Shown piece after piece: positions 1-8,685 of a stretch of 33,159 nucleotides of DNA. This stretch comes from Actinomycetota bacterium (GTDB lineage: Bacteria > Actinomycetota > Actinomycetes > S36-B12 > UBA5976), in assembly GCA_947447095.1 (NCBI GenBank), contig CANFIL010000001.1:1-33159 (forward strand). The letters are read 5' to 3'. The translations under genes and the position numbers were made by a program. Position 1 is the stretch's first letter. Every line of letters starts with the position of its first letter. The notes under the pieces were generated by a model. It did no database searches and was not told the DNA's origin. It saw only the letters and a list, made by a program, of their open reading frames with translations.

Positions 1-269
1 AGCGCCTTCAGCAGGCTCTTGTTTGTGTTTGTCTGGTCGTAGTTCTCGTTGTACACAAAAACTGCTGATGGGGCAGCCTCCATGATGAGGTCAAGTTTGA
101 AACCGACAACAATCTGAACTCGAACATCAGCGCCGAATGCTTCGTGCACATTGTCGAGTTGCTGTTGCAAAATGCTGCGACCGTCGCGAAGTGCAGTTAA
201 TGGCTTTGGAAATGGTCGACCCAAGCGGGTTCCCATGCCGGCAGCAAGAATCGTTACCTGGAGTGCCAT
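1..269 (-). CDS. Nucleotidyltransferase, N-terminal part (LicC/IPCT-like alcohol- or sugar-phosphate cytidylyltransferase fold); the rest of the gene lies outside the window
   Basis: Absent from the supplied ORF track because it runs off the window edge. Reading the minus strand from the ATG at 269..267 gives MALQVTILAAGMGTRLGRPFPKPLTALRDGRSILQQQLDNVHEAFGADVRVQIVVGFKLDLIMEAAPSAVFVYNENYDQTNTNKSLLKA, with no stop before position 1. LAAGxGTRLG...PKPL is the glycine-rich NTP-binding signature of the GlmU/RmlA/IspD/LicC fold. NxxYxxxNxxxSL is typical of the LicC-like branch. The ATG overlaps the TAA of the upstream TagF-like gene (TAATG, 271..267). This call replaces track ORF 127..333(-), which is in another frame. 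Confidence 0.65.
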   Translation of the reverse strand, partial: MALQVTILAAGMGTRLGRPFPKPLTALRDGRSILQQQLDNVHEAFGADVRVQIVVGFKLDLIMEAAPSAVFVYNENYDQTNTNKSLLKA

Positions 270-1582
270 TACTGTCCATCTTCCTTACGTGTGATGTGAG
301 GTCCCGTGCCAGTTGCGGCAAGGGATCGTGCACGGGCTAAATCTGAGGAGTGCTGACTAATCGTTTCGCGAAGCGCCGTAAAGAAGCGTTCACTACTCTG
401 ACCAGTCTGCACGTTGTCGAAGTAAAAGTCGCGTAACTGCTGACGTTCTGCAACATAGTCGTCGTGATCGATGACGTGGGCAAGAATGTCGCTGATGTGA
501 TCGATGTTGGATGTGGTCAAAACTTGAGTGGCCACGCTAATTGGGGCGTCAATTCGCAGCTGGTCGATGTTGTCTCGTCGATCGGTGAGCACAAGTGGTG
601 CTTCTGGGCGAAGGTAGAGGAAGTCGAGGCCCACGCTGGAAACGTCGGAAATGAGTACATCAACGTTGGGGAACAGCGCCAAAATATCGCCTGATTCGCG
701 CACTTCGTGTCCAGCCGAAGAGTCACGTTGATTTGCAGACTTGATCGCTTTCACGATGTGCTGGTGATTCTTTTGAATACGATCCTCGGTGGCATCGATG
801 ATGCGAGGGTGCGGCTTGTAAATGACTCGAGTGTTCGCCTGTGCCAGCGCAGCATCAATGATGCGTGGTCCCATCTTTTCCATCGAGGTGTAGTTGTTGG
901 CTTCGTCTTCGCCGGCCCACGTTGGTGCGTAAAGAATTGTGGTGCGATCTGATGCGGTAATACTTGCCTCAGGATGCTGATCAAGTTGTGGACGTCCAAT
1001 ACGTACGAGATTCTTCTCGTTGAATTCGGATAGAGCTGCACGATGACGTTGTACTGCGGCTTCACCCGCAACAAAAACGCGATCGTAGGCTTTTGCCTGA
1101 TTGCTCACCATGCAAATTTTGTCGCTCTCGCCGTGGTTGATGTGCACGTGTGCAAGCTCTCCAACGTTCAGTGACTGAAAATTCGCGACACCGTTGTTGA
1201 CGTAAACCACGGCCTTAAACGGGCTGACACGATAGAGATTCATCAAGTCGGTGAAGTTAGGTACATGCGCCAACGGCAATGTGGTTTTGCCTTCGAGTTC
1301 TTTAAAAGTGTGGATGTTGCGGACAACCAGGGCGAAAGTGAGGTCCTCAGGGTGATTTTCAAAAACTGGTAGCCACTGGGTCAATTGATAGAGCTTTGAG
1401 ACGTTATCTGGGTAATACACAGCCACATCGGCCTGTACGCCACGCTTGGGATCAAAGCCGTGGGGTCCACGAACGTACTTTTCGCGCAGGCCAATAGCGT
1501 CTAGAACAGTGGCAATACCCGATGCCACGGGCTGCGGCACTAAGGACCGTAGAGAATTTGGACTCAATTCGAGGCACTCCAA
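269..1582 (-). CDS. CDP-glycerol/ribitol glycerophosphotransferase family protein (TagF/TagB-like polyol-phosphate transferase)
   Basis: 437-aa ORF. TagF-family motifs are visible: ILYAPTWAGE, YKPHP, and the C-terminal DVLISDVSSVGLDFLYL block. The longest ORF begins with TTG at 1582, and in-frame TTG/GTG codons just downstream are alternatives, so the start is uncertain. Confidence 0.85.
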   Translation of the reverse strand: MECLELSPNSLRSLVPQPVASGIATVLDAIGLREKYVRGPHGFDPKRGVQADVAVYYPDNVSKLYQLTQWLPVFENHPEDLTFALVVRNIHTFKELEGKTTLPLAHVPNFTDLMNLYRVSPFKAVVYVNNGVANFQSLNVGELAHVHINHGESDKICMVSNQAKAYDRVFVAGEAAVQRHRAALSEFNEKNLVRIGRPQLDQHPEASITASDRTTILYAPTWAGEDEANNYTSMEKMGPRIIDAALAQANTRVIYKPHPRIIDATEDRIQKNHQHIVKAIKSANQRDSSAGHEVRESGDILALFPNVDVLISDVSSVGLDFLYLRPEAPLVLTDRRDNIDQLRIDAPISVATQVLTTSNIDHISDILAHVIDHDDYVAERQQLRDFYFDNVQTGQSSERFFTALRETISQHSSDLARARSLAATGTGPHITRKEDGQ

Positions 1583-1660
1583 GCGTTTGTAGAACCAAGT
1601 AAGCGTGGGACAATTCTATCGGGCTGAGCATTCAGGCCCTTTTTCCAAGGAAAGGCGCTC

Positions 1661-3442
1661 ATGTCGCAGTCAGAACAGCCACAACTACGCGTGATCATTG
1701 ACGATCACGCCCAGGTAGATCCTGGGGTTCTGGCCCGGCTGACTTCCCAGATTGGTCATTCTGGCAACACTGCCACCGTCATGCGCGCGCCCATCGAAAT
1801 TCTTGAGGCTGTTATTTCCGCACAATCTCATGGTCCCGTCATTGTGATTGACTCCCAGTTGGTCACAGGACAAGCCATGTTGGATGCGCTCATCCGAGGA
1901 CAGTGGAGCACGAATGCGGCTCTGGTTCGAAAAGGTGTGTCACAACATTTCGACCAAGCCTGCCGAGTCGCAAACAAACACGTTCTTAGCGTCGCATCGT
2001 CAGTTCATCGAGTAACACAGCCCAGCCACGAACAATTAGGACTTGTTCGAATTGGTTCGGGTTCACAGGTGCGTGAAGCACTCGTTGCAGCACGTGGCTA
2101 TGTCAGTGAACTTCGCAGCGCAACTGCGATGACTGACATGTTGACCGTCATCCTTGTTCGGGCGGCGCTTCCCGTTGCACCGTTAGAGCCAACTGGTATG
2201 TGCGAACGAGCAACATCGAACATAGGCGAGGTAATCGTCGAAGCAGATGCGCAAGATGATGAAGATATTCGGATGAAACGGGCATTGCGTTCGAATGACG
2301 GTTTCTATTCAACTTTTGTTTTACGAAAGCTTTCGGCACGAGTCACGATGTTGGCACTGAAGAATGGCTGGCTTCCAAATCAGATCACGTTAGCTTCGCT
2401 CGTGATTTCCGCGGTTGCGGCACTGTTCTTTGCCACTGGTAGTCACGCATTGTTCATTGCGGGCGCATTGCTGGTTCAACTGTCGATCATCGTTGACTGT
2501 TCCGATGGCGAAGTTGCGCGGTACACGGGAGTCTCGTCACAACTCGGTGCTTGGCTCGATGCGGCGACGGATCGCGTTAAAGAATATGCTCTCTACGCTG
2601 GGTTAGCTGTTGGAGCCATGAGCCATGGTGAGAATCTTTGGCGACTAGCGATGGCCTTGGTCGTATTGCAAACTGTTCGCCACTTGAGTGACTACAACTT
2701 TGTTGCAGTCCGCGGTGTTCGAGAATCGGCACTTGTTGTTGTCCCGCTTTCACAAAGTGTCGACAACGGAGTCGCGAGCGCGGGCTCATTGATGGATGCA
2801 TCAGCATCACTCAATTCACGTCGTGCGATTTATTGGCTGAAGCGAGTAATTTATCTTCCTATCGGTGAGCGATGGCTGATCATCTCAGTAGGTGCAGCGG
2901 TCGGCTCGCCTCGACTTGTTTTTAATGTTTTATGGTTTGCAGGCCTCTTTGGTTTGGCGTATGTCACCTTTGGTCGCGTCATGCGAAGTCGTCGCTGGAA
3001 GCATGCTCAGGAAATTTCAGGTTGCGAAATACTCGAGCGACAAATCGATCCGGGTTTCTTTATGAGCTGGTTCTTGGCCGACGGGTCACACCCACTTGCT
3101 GGCCGATTTGGCTGGGCGATTCCTTCAGTACTGCGACTGGTTGAGCTTGGGGTTATTGCATCTGTCTGCAGGTATCACCACATTGGGTACCTATGGCTAT
3201 TCGCTGTTGCATTTCACCATTACGACACGATGTATCGTGCGCTCGCCGGCTTTGAGTTCCCCGCGCAACTTGCTCGACTCGGTCTGGGTGTTGAGATTCG
3301 TACGGCCATGTTCGTACTGTGTGCAGTGAGTTTCACTGCTCCGCTGAATGCCGTATTACTTATTGGTGGCGTCTATTTCAGCGTGTTATTTGTTGGAATT
3401 GCATCCCGACAATGGATAGTTCAACTCACGTCCGCGAAGTAG
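1661..3442 (+). CDS. CDP-alcohol phosphatidyltransferase family membrane protein with a long N-terminal cytoplasmic extension and a C-terminal polytopic extension
   Basis: 593-aa ORF. It carries the canonical signature DCSDGEVARYTGVSSQLGAWLDAATD (nt 2495..2572), which fits D-x2-D-G-x2-A-R-x8-G-x3-D-x3-D. Hydrophobic helices lie before and after the motif. It is transcribed divergently from the TagF-like gene. Confidence 0.85.
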   Translation: MSQSEQPQLRVIIDDHAQVDPGVLARLTSQIGHSGNTATVMRAPIEILEAVISAQSHGPVIVIDSQLVTGQAMLDALIRGQWSTNAALVRKGVSQHFDQACRVANKHVLSVASSVHRVTQPSHEQLGLVRIGSGSQVREALVAARGYVSELRSATAMTDMLTVILVRAALPVAPLEPTGMCERATSNIGEVIVEADAQDDEDIRMKRALRSNDGFYSTFVLRKLSARVTMLALKNGWLPNQITLASLVISAVAALFFATGSHALFIAGALLVQLSIIVDCSDGEVARYTGVSSQLGAWLDAATDRVKEYALYAGLAVGAMSHGENLWRLAMALVVLQTVRHLSDYNFVAVRGVRESALVVVPLSQSVDNGVASAGSLMDASASLNSRRAIYWLKRVIYLPIGERWLIISVGAAVGSPRLVFNVLWFAGLFGLAYVTFGRVMRSRRWKHAQEISGCEILERQIDPGFFMSWFLADGSHPLAGRFGWAIPSVLRLVELGVIASVCRYHHIGYLWLFAVAFHHYDTMYRALAGFEFPAQLARLGLGVEIRTAMFVLCAVSFTAPLNAVLLIGGVYFSVLFVGIASRQWIVQLTSAK

Positions 3443-3467
3443 ACATTCGATACGGGATAATGAGCAG

Positions 3468-4277
3468 GTGAGCAATACCAATCGCCCTGCTAAGCCAACA
3501 GTGGCGCAAATCCGCGAGGTTACACAACCAGCAGACATTCTGAGTCGGGCCAATTCCGAGCACTGGCTCAATGATGTGTACTTGCGCAAGGTCTCGGTGT
3601 ATTTGACCCGCCATTTGGTGATGTTGAACGTTAAGCCAAACACGGTCACGATGATCATGATTGCAATTGGTAAGTTCGCCGCTCTCGCACTTTTGATTCA
3701 AGGCTTGCCAGGTGCATTCCTTGCCGCTGCTCTGGCTCAGTACCAAATGGTGTGGGATTGCAGCGATGGTGAAGTGGCGCGCTGGCAAGAGAGATATTCC
3801 CCAGCTGGCATCTTCTTGGACAAAGTTGCGCATTACACAGTTGAAGGATTGATCCCGCTGACGTTAGGCATCAGAGCTGCGGGCGGCATTTCAGTTTTTA
3901 AAGAGGCAACGGTGCAGTGGTGGCCGTGGTACGGAGCACTGTTATCCGTTGTCATTTTGTGGAATAAAGCCATGAATGATGCGGTGCATGTAGCTCGATC
4001 TCACAGTGGGTTAGAAAAACTGGAGGACGTTAAGGCTGTCAGTGCGCCACAACATTCCTTCCTGCGCTCACTACGTAACGCAACTCGCATCTTCCCATTC
4101 CAACGCATCTTCCACAGCATTGAAATGACCATGATCATTTTTGTAGCAGCAGTTGTTGACGCGTGGCGAGGGGATCTTCGCGCAACACAATTAACGCTGC
4201 TCGCGATGTTGTCACTTGCCATTGTGACGTTGATCGGTCATTTCATTTCGATCATGTCGTCTAGCAGGCTTCGATGA
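3468..4277 (+). CDS. CDP-alcohol phosphatidyltransferase family protein, variant signature (last Asp replaced by His)
   Basis: 269-aa ORF with a GTG start. The signature is DCSDGEVARWQERYSPAGIFLDKVAH (nt 3756..3833). The first three acidic positions and G/AR/G are conserved, but the fourth Asp is His (cat, 3831..3833). Multi-pass hydrophobic profile. The stop overlaps the next start (ATGA, 4274..4277). Confidence 0.85.
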   Translation: MSNTNRPAKPTVAQIREVTQPADILSRANSEHWLNDVYLRKVSVYLTRHLVMLNVKPNTVTMIMIAIGKFAALALLIQGLPGAFLAAALAQYQMVWDCSDGEVARWQERYSPAGIFLDKVAHYTVEGLIPLTLGIRAAGGISVFKEATVQWWPWYGALLSVVILWNKAMNDAVHVARSHSGLEKLEDVKAVSAPQHSFLRSLRNATRIFPFQRIFHSIEMTMIIFVAAVVDAWRGDLRATQLTLLAMLSLAIVTLIGHFISIMSSSRLR

Positions 4278-5140
4278 CTCGTTCAGTTGCTGCCGTCATC
4301 ATCACGATGGGAACGCGGCCAGTTGAATTTAAGCGCGCACTTGATTCTCTGCTAGCTCAGACTGGAATTGAACTTGACGTTGTAGTTGTAGGAAATGCCT
4401 GGGATCCTGTTGGCCTACCAGTCGGTGTGAAAAGTTTTTATTCGCCAAGTAACTTGGGAATTCCTGGCGGTAGGACTGCAGGTACGGATTTAGTTTCGGG
4501 CGATTACATGTTCTATCTGGACGATGACGCTTACCTACCGGAAACTGACACCATCAGCCGAATGCTTGATATCTTGCAGACGCGTCCTGAAATTGGGATT
4601 GTTCAGCCGCGGGCAACTGATCCTGAAACTGGACAAACCCCATCGCGCTGTGTGCCCCGTCTCATTGCGGGTGACCCAGCGCGCGCAAGTGTTGGTACCA
4701 CCTTGTGGGAAGGTGCTGGCATGCTGCTTTCGCGTGACACGTTGGCTCGTACGGGCGGTTGGGCGGACGAATTTTTCTATGCTCATGAGGGCATGGACTT
4801 ATGTTGGCGAATTTGGGATGGTGGCCAGATGTCTTGGTATGCCGCCGACATCATCACGCACCATAGTTCACAGAGTCCGACTCGTCACGCGGTGTTTTGG
4901 CATCAGACGGCTCGTAATCGGGTATGGCTTGCGAAGCGGAATTTACCTTGGCTCATCATGCCGATTTATCTTTTTGTGTGGATCTCGATAACAACTCTTC
5001 GTGCACGGAATGCAAAAAATTATGCTGCGTGGTGGAAGGGCTTTATTGAGGGCGTGCGAACAACTCCGAAGGGTCGTCGCGCCATGAAATGGTCAACTGT
5101 TTGGCGACTTACAAAAGCTGGCCGGCCACCGATTATTTAG
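4274..5140 (+). CDS. Family 2 glycosyltransferase (GT-A fold)
   Basis: 288-aa ORF. The N-terminus, AAVIITMGTRPVEFKRALDSLLAQTG..VVVVGNA, is typical of GT2, and a DxD-type motif is present (YLDDDAY). A C-terminal hydrophobic helix follows. Translationally coupled to the upstream gene. Confidence 0.85.
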   Translation: MTRSVAAVIITMGTRPVEFKRALDSLLAQTGIELDVVVVGNAWDPVGLPVGVKSFYSPSNLGIPGGRTAGTDLVSGDYMFYLDDDAYLPETDTISRMLDILQTRPEIGIVQPRATDPETGQTPSRCVPRLIAGDPARASVGTTLWEGAGMLLSRDTLARTGGWADEFFYAHEGMDLCWRIWDGGQMSWYAADIITHHSSQSPTRHAVFWHQTARNRVWLAKRNLPWLIMPIYLFVWISITTLRARNAKNYAAWWKGFIEGVRTTPKGRRAMKWSTVWRLTKAGRPPII

Positions 5141-6653
5141 TCTTGATGCGGTTGTTTCCTTCGGTACACGAGAAATCGCCAGCATTGACAGCGCCAGTGT
5201 CCGAACTTGCAGAAGGTGTTGCAATTACCACCTTGCGAGGTGCACTCCAATCAGGTCCAACCACAATCACGATTGATTTAGTGAGCGAGTTGTCCTTCTT
5301 CAACAGTTTGGTGTGCGCAGAATAAGCCAGTGAGTCGGCACCAGCTTTGAAGCGCGAGTTGTAATGCACTTCGGTTGCCGTGACTTTGATATCCGAGTTA
5401 CCTGTGCTGGTGATTTTGTACCCAAGTTTGCGAAGTTGCGTTGCCGCCTTATTCGCTAGCCCTGAGGTTTTTGTTCCATTCAAAACAATGACGTGTACGG
5501 AGTCCGCAGGTGTAATGAGTGTCGGAGTGGATGCCTTTGGTGCTGGCGATGCGCTCGCACTTGCGGAGGTGCTCGGTGTTGCCGATGCACTGTCGGAAAC
5601 CGGTGGCCATGGCTTATCGTTTTGAATTGCTTTCCACAAGTCTGCCGTCTCGCTAGTCCAATGCACATTGCCATCACCAATAAGTTCGTAAGGCGTGGTG
5701 ACAAAAGTGATGTTGGCAGGCTTGAGGTAGGAAAGTGACAACGCAAAATCCTCGAGCGCTTTCATGCTGCTCAAGTTCTTACTTGTCGTCAGAGATTCGG
5801 TCACAACATTTAACAGTCGATACATCAATGCTGGGTTCGTTAACAGATGCTTTTCTTGCATGCCACGAATCATGGAGCTGAGGAATTCTTGTTGGCGTTG
5901 AATTCGGCCAAGGTCGCTACCATCACCGATAGATTCGCGCGCACGCACGAATGCCAATGCTTGCTTGCCGCTGATTGTGCTGTATCCCGCAGGGAGATTA
6001 AGTCCACTTCCGCCTTGACCAGGTACGTATGGGTCGTACACCGGCGTTGTGAGACAGACTTTGACGCCGCCGAGAGTGTTTACAACTGACTTGAAGGCTT
6101 TGAAGTCAAGTACTAAGAATTTATCGATTGTGATTCCAGTTTGATTTTGCAAAGTCTTAATTGTGCAAACTGGGCCACCGTAAGCAAACGCAGCATTGAA
6201 CTTTGTTTGCCATGGACCCACGACGCTGCCATCACTTTGCTTGCATGGCCCGATCGAAACGAAAGAATCGCGTGGGATGGAAACAACGAGTGCAGACTTG
6301 CGGCCTTCGTAAAGATGAACGAGCAATGCTGTATCTGCGCGCGCTCCGCCAACATTGCCAAAGCCAGCACCCTGGTCAACTCGAGTATCGCTACCCATGA
6401 CGAGGAAATTTGTAGCGCTCGTGTCGCTTGGGATGTATGGTGCGGGAGTTCCGTTGAGATCGCTCTCATCCACTGTGTGAATGTTTTTATTCAAATTGTT
6501 TAAGGCGTAAACCGCGCCACCGCCGACCGCTGTGACCGTCATGATCAGCACTGAGGCAAAAGCCGTCAGGCGACGAGTCCAAGGACCAACACTCGGCGGC
6601 ACCGTAGTCGGTTGCGCGCGCCGCTTACCGCGGGCTGGTTGATTCTTGGACAT
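5133..6653 (-). CDS. LytR-CpsA-Psr (LCP) family glycopolymer-peptidoglycan ligase with C-terminal LytR_C-like domain
   Basis: 506-aa ORF. An N-terminal basic segment plus one TM helix is followed by the LCP core, FLVMGSDTR...RADTALLVHL...VVSIPRDS. A Ser/Ala/Pro linker and a C-terminal VIVLNGTKTSGLANKAATQLRKLGY module follow. The stop (5133..5135) overlaps the convergent GT2 stop (5138..5140). Confidence 0.9.
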   Translation of the reverse strand: MSKNQPARGKRRAQPTTVPPSVGPWTRRLTAFASVLIMTVTAVGGGAVYALNNLNKNIHTVDESDLNGTPAPYIPSDTSATNFLVMGSDTRVDQGAGFGNVGGARADTALLVHLYEGRKSALVVSIPRDSFVSIGPCKQSDGSVVGPWQTKFNAAFAYGGPVCTIKTLQNQTGITIDKFLVLDFKAFKSVVNTLGGVKVCLTTPVYDPYVPGQGGSGLNLPAGYSTISGKQALAFVRARESIGDGSDLGRIQRQQEFLSSMIRGMQEKHLLTNPALMYRLLNVVTESLTTSKNLSSMKALEDFALSLSYLKPANITFVTTPYELIGDGNVHWTSETADLWKAIQNDKPWPPVSDSASATPSTSASASASPAPKASTPTLITPADSVHVIVLNGTKTSGLANKAATQLRKLGYKITSTGNSDIKVTATEVHYNSRFKAGADSLAYSAHTKLLKKDNSLTKSIVIVVGPDWSAPRKVVIATPSASSDTGAVNAGDFSCTEGNNRIKTK

Positions 6654-6789
6654 CTATTGATGTTACGTCAGTTATTGGAGTGCTCCCAAAACGAATAGAG
6701 CTTCCTAACATCGCCCAAACAATCAAGTAATCCTTCGAATTCACGGCTAGATCCGCTACTTTGCAGGGTTTGTGGGGCAGAATTGAAAT

Positions 6790-8682
6790 ATGCTTCCCCG
6801 CAAATCACTTCAGCGTGCCCAGGTAGGGCTTATTGCGTTGTCGTTGTGTGGAACTTTCATCGCTTTTCAAGCCCCTGTCCAGGCTTTTCGTGGGTATGCG
6901 CCGCCCGTCCAAAATACGCAGATTTCGCTGTCAGCAGTAGCCCCACAAACTGTTAAATCTGGCAAGCAGATGGTGTTGTTCGGCGAGCATACGGTTTCGG
7001 AGTTCACGTTGGTTGGGGTGACGTGGCAGGGCCGGATTGATCCAACTTCTCGATTTGAGGTGCGAGTTCGCGAACATGGCGTCTGGTCCGATTGGCAAAG
7101 CCTGTCGTGGAGTAACGAACACGGTGCTGATGCGTCGAGTTCCGAAGCAAAAGCAGCCCGCGAAGGAACAGACCCTCTGCTCACAGCTCTTGCAACAGGT
7201 GTTGCGGTACGGGTAACTAACGAGTCTGGCACTTTGCCGACGGATGTTTCGCTGTCGTTAGTGAACTCAAATCTGACGTCACAGGATCGTGCGCTTTTAT
7301 CGTCACGTGCGGTCACCGCAACGGTGCCATCGACGGTGACATCGCCACAAGGTGCAGTTGTTCCTCGGCCGAAACTCATCACACGTGCGCAGTGGGGTGC
7401 TAATGAATCGTGGCGAAATCAAGATCCTGGGATGGGCACAAAAATCATTGCGGGTTTCTTGCATCACACTGCGAGCACAAACAGTTATTCCGCTGATCAA
7501 GGCCCGGCGCAAATGCGCAATCTGTTTTCTTACTACACCCAGAGTTTGCACTACAAGGATCTTGCATACAGCTTTTTGGTCGATAAGTACGGAAATGTGT
7601 ATGAGGGACGTTCGGGTTGTCCTCGCGTGGTGACGACTGCGTGCGATGGTCCGGCCCGACCTGCTATTGGTGCTCACACTGCGGGGATGAATCTTAATAC
7701 GTTTGCTATTTCGGCAATCGGAAATTATCACGAAGCAAGTCCAGGTACGCAAGCACTGCAAAAGATGGATGATGCGATTGCCGGGCTGATGGCTTGGAAG
7801 ATTGCTCCATACGGCCTGGATCCCAAAGCGATCGCAAACATTCCCGTGGGAAGCGATCCACATCATTTGTCACGCTATCGAGAAGGGGACATCGCGCATG
7901 TCCTGACAATTTCGGGGCATCGCGATGTTGGTCAAACGGTTTGCCCGGGGCAGTACTTATATCCAGAGTTACCTGCAATTCGAGATCGAATTTCTGCGCT
8001 ACTTACTCCCGTTGTTGCAGTTCCTAAAGCGTCACCGGCCGTCATCGCTGAAGGAGCAAGTACCTCGATCGCTATCACGTCGGTAATCGCAAGTGGAGCG
8101 GCATGGTCAATCGATGTGATTCGCGATGTGGATAGCGCTGTTGTTGGTCATGCAGAAGGTACGACAACTTCCGTTGGACCGATTTCATTTGGTTGGACTC
8201 ACCTTGATACACGTTTGAAGTTGTTGCCAAGTGGTACGTATACCGTGCGCGTGCAACAGTCAGTAGCTCCTCGAGCTGCGTCTTTGTCGCCAACGCCAAC
8301 ACCGACGGCTTCCCGATCGGCTTCTCCGACGCCTTCGACGACCCCCGTTGCACCAGTGGTGAAGACGGGCACAACCACAGTTGTTATTGCAGCTAAACCA
8401 ACTTTGCCGTCATCGCCAACCGTGACGTACCGTTCGAAAACTCGCGCCTGGCTCGTTTGGAAGGCGGCATCGAGTCTGATTCCAGTGACCTATCAATACC
8501 GTGTCCTGGACAAGCAAACGAATAAGTGGTCCGGATGGAAGATTGCCAAGGCAGCAAACTCGCCATTGACTGTCCGTAAACTCGTCAAGTTTCATGGGTA
8601 CAAAGTTCAACTGAAAGCCGTCAGTGCTGTTGGGGAATCCGTGATTCGGGAAACGTCCTACCTGCATAAGTCTGCGAAATAA
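6790..8682 (+). CDS. Secreted N-acetylmuramoyl-L-alanine amidase (amidase_2/PGRP domain) with Pro/Thr/Ser linker and Fn3-like C-terminal domain
   Basis: 630-aa ORF with a signal peptide (LIALSLCGTFIAFQAPVQA). Amidase_2 blocks are present: ITRAQWGANESWR, GFLHHTAS, YSFLVDKYGNVYEGR, GAHTAGMNLNTFAISAIGNY and ISGHRDVGQTVCPG. A PTPTPT-rich linker is followed by an Fn3-like repeat (TVTYRSKTRAWLVWKA...YQYRV...WSGWK). Confidence 0.85.
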   Translation: MLPRKSLQRAQVGLIALSLCGTFIAFQAPVQAFRGYAPPVQNTQISLSAVAPQTVKSGKQMVLFGEHTVSEFTLVGVTWQGRIDPTSRFEVRVREHGVWSDWQSLSWSNEHGADASSSEAKAAREGTDPLLTALATGVAVRVTNESGTLPTDVSLSLVNSNLTSQDRALLSSRAVTATVPSTVTSPQGAVVPRPKLITRAQWGANESWRNQDPGMGTKIIAGFLHHTASTNSYSADQGPAQMRNLFSYYTQSLHYKDLAYSFLVDKYGNVYEGRSGCPRVVTTACDGPARPAIGAHTAGMNLNTFAISAIGNYHEASPGTQALQKMDDAIAGLMAWKIAPYGLDPKAIANIPVGSDPHHLSRYREGDIAHVLTISGHRDVGQTVCPGQYLYPELPAIRDRISALLTPVVAVPKASPAVIAEGASTSIAITSVIASGAAWSIDVIRDVDSAVVGHAEGTTTSVGPISFGWTHLDTRLKLLPSGTYTVRVQQSVAPRAASLSPTPTPTASRSASPTPSTTPVAPVVKTGTTTVVIAAKPTLPSSPTVTYRSKTRAWLVWKAASSLIPVTYQYRVLDKQTNKWSGWKIAKAANSPLTVRKLVKFHGYKVQLKAVSAVGESVIRETSYLHKSAK

Positions 8683-8685
8683 AAC

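Noticed and set aside
127-333. 68-aa minus-strand ORF, and the 137..340 plus-strand ORF, from the track
   Set aside because: Neither has family features. A different minus-strand frame across the same DNA encodes a clean nucleotidyltransferase N-terminus (LAAGMGTRLG...PKPL) that is start/stop-coupled to the upstream gene.
4524-4991. 155-aa alternative-frame ORF inside the GT2 gene, plus similar internal or antisense ORFs at 22345..22764, 24717..25082, 25489..25863, 26366..26695 and 29106..29543
   Set aside because: Each is embedded in a gene whose annotated frame carries diagnostic family motifs. The alternative products are compositionally odd (Arg/Cys/Ser-rich).
6654-6789. Cyclic-di-AMP (ydaO-type) riboswitch upstream of the secreted cell-wall amidase
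   Set aside because: No pseudo-symmetric ACGGGG/CCCGA-type conserved elements or extended pairing are visible. It is more likely a simple divergent promoter region.
6867-7866. Long antisense ORFs (171 aa and 187 aa) inside the amidase gene
   Set aside because: They lie opposite a gene with strong domain motifs. Their products are Arg/Ser/Cys/Thr-rich and low in complexity, with no RBS context. This is typical of shadow ORFs.
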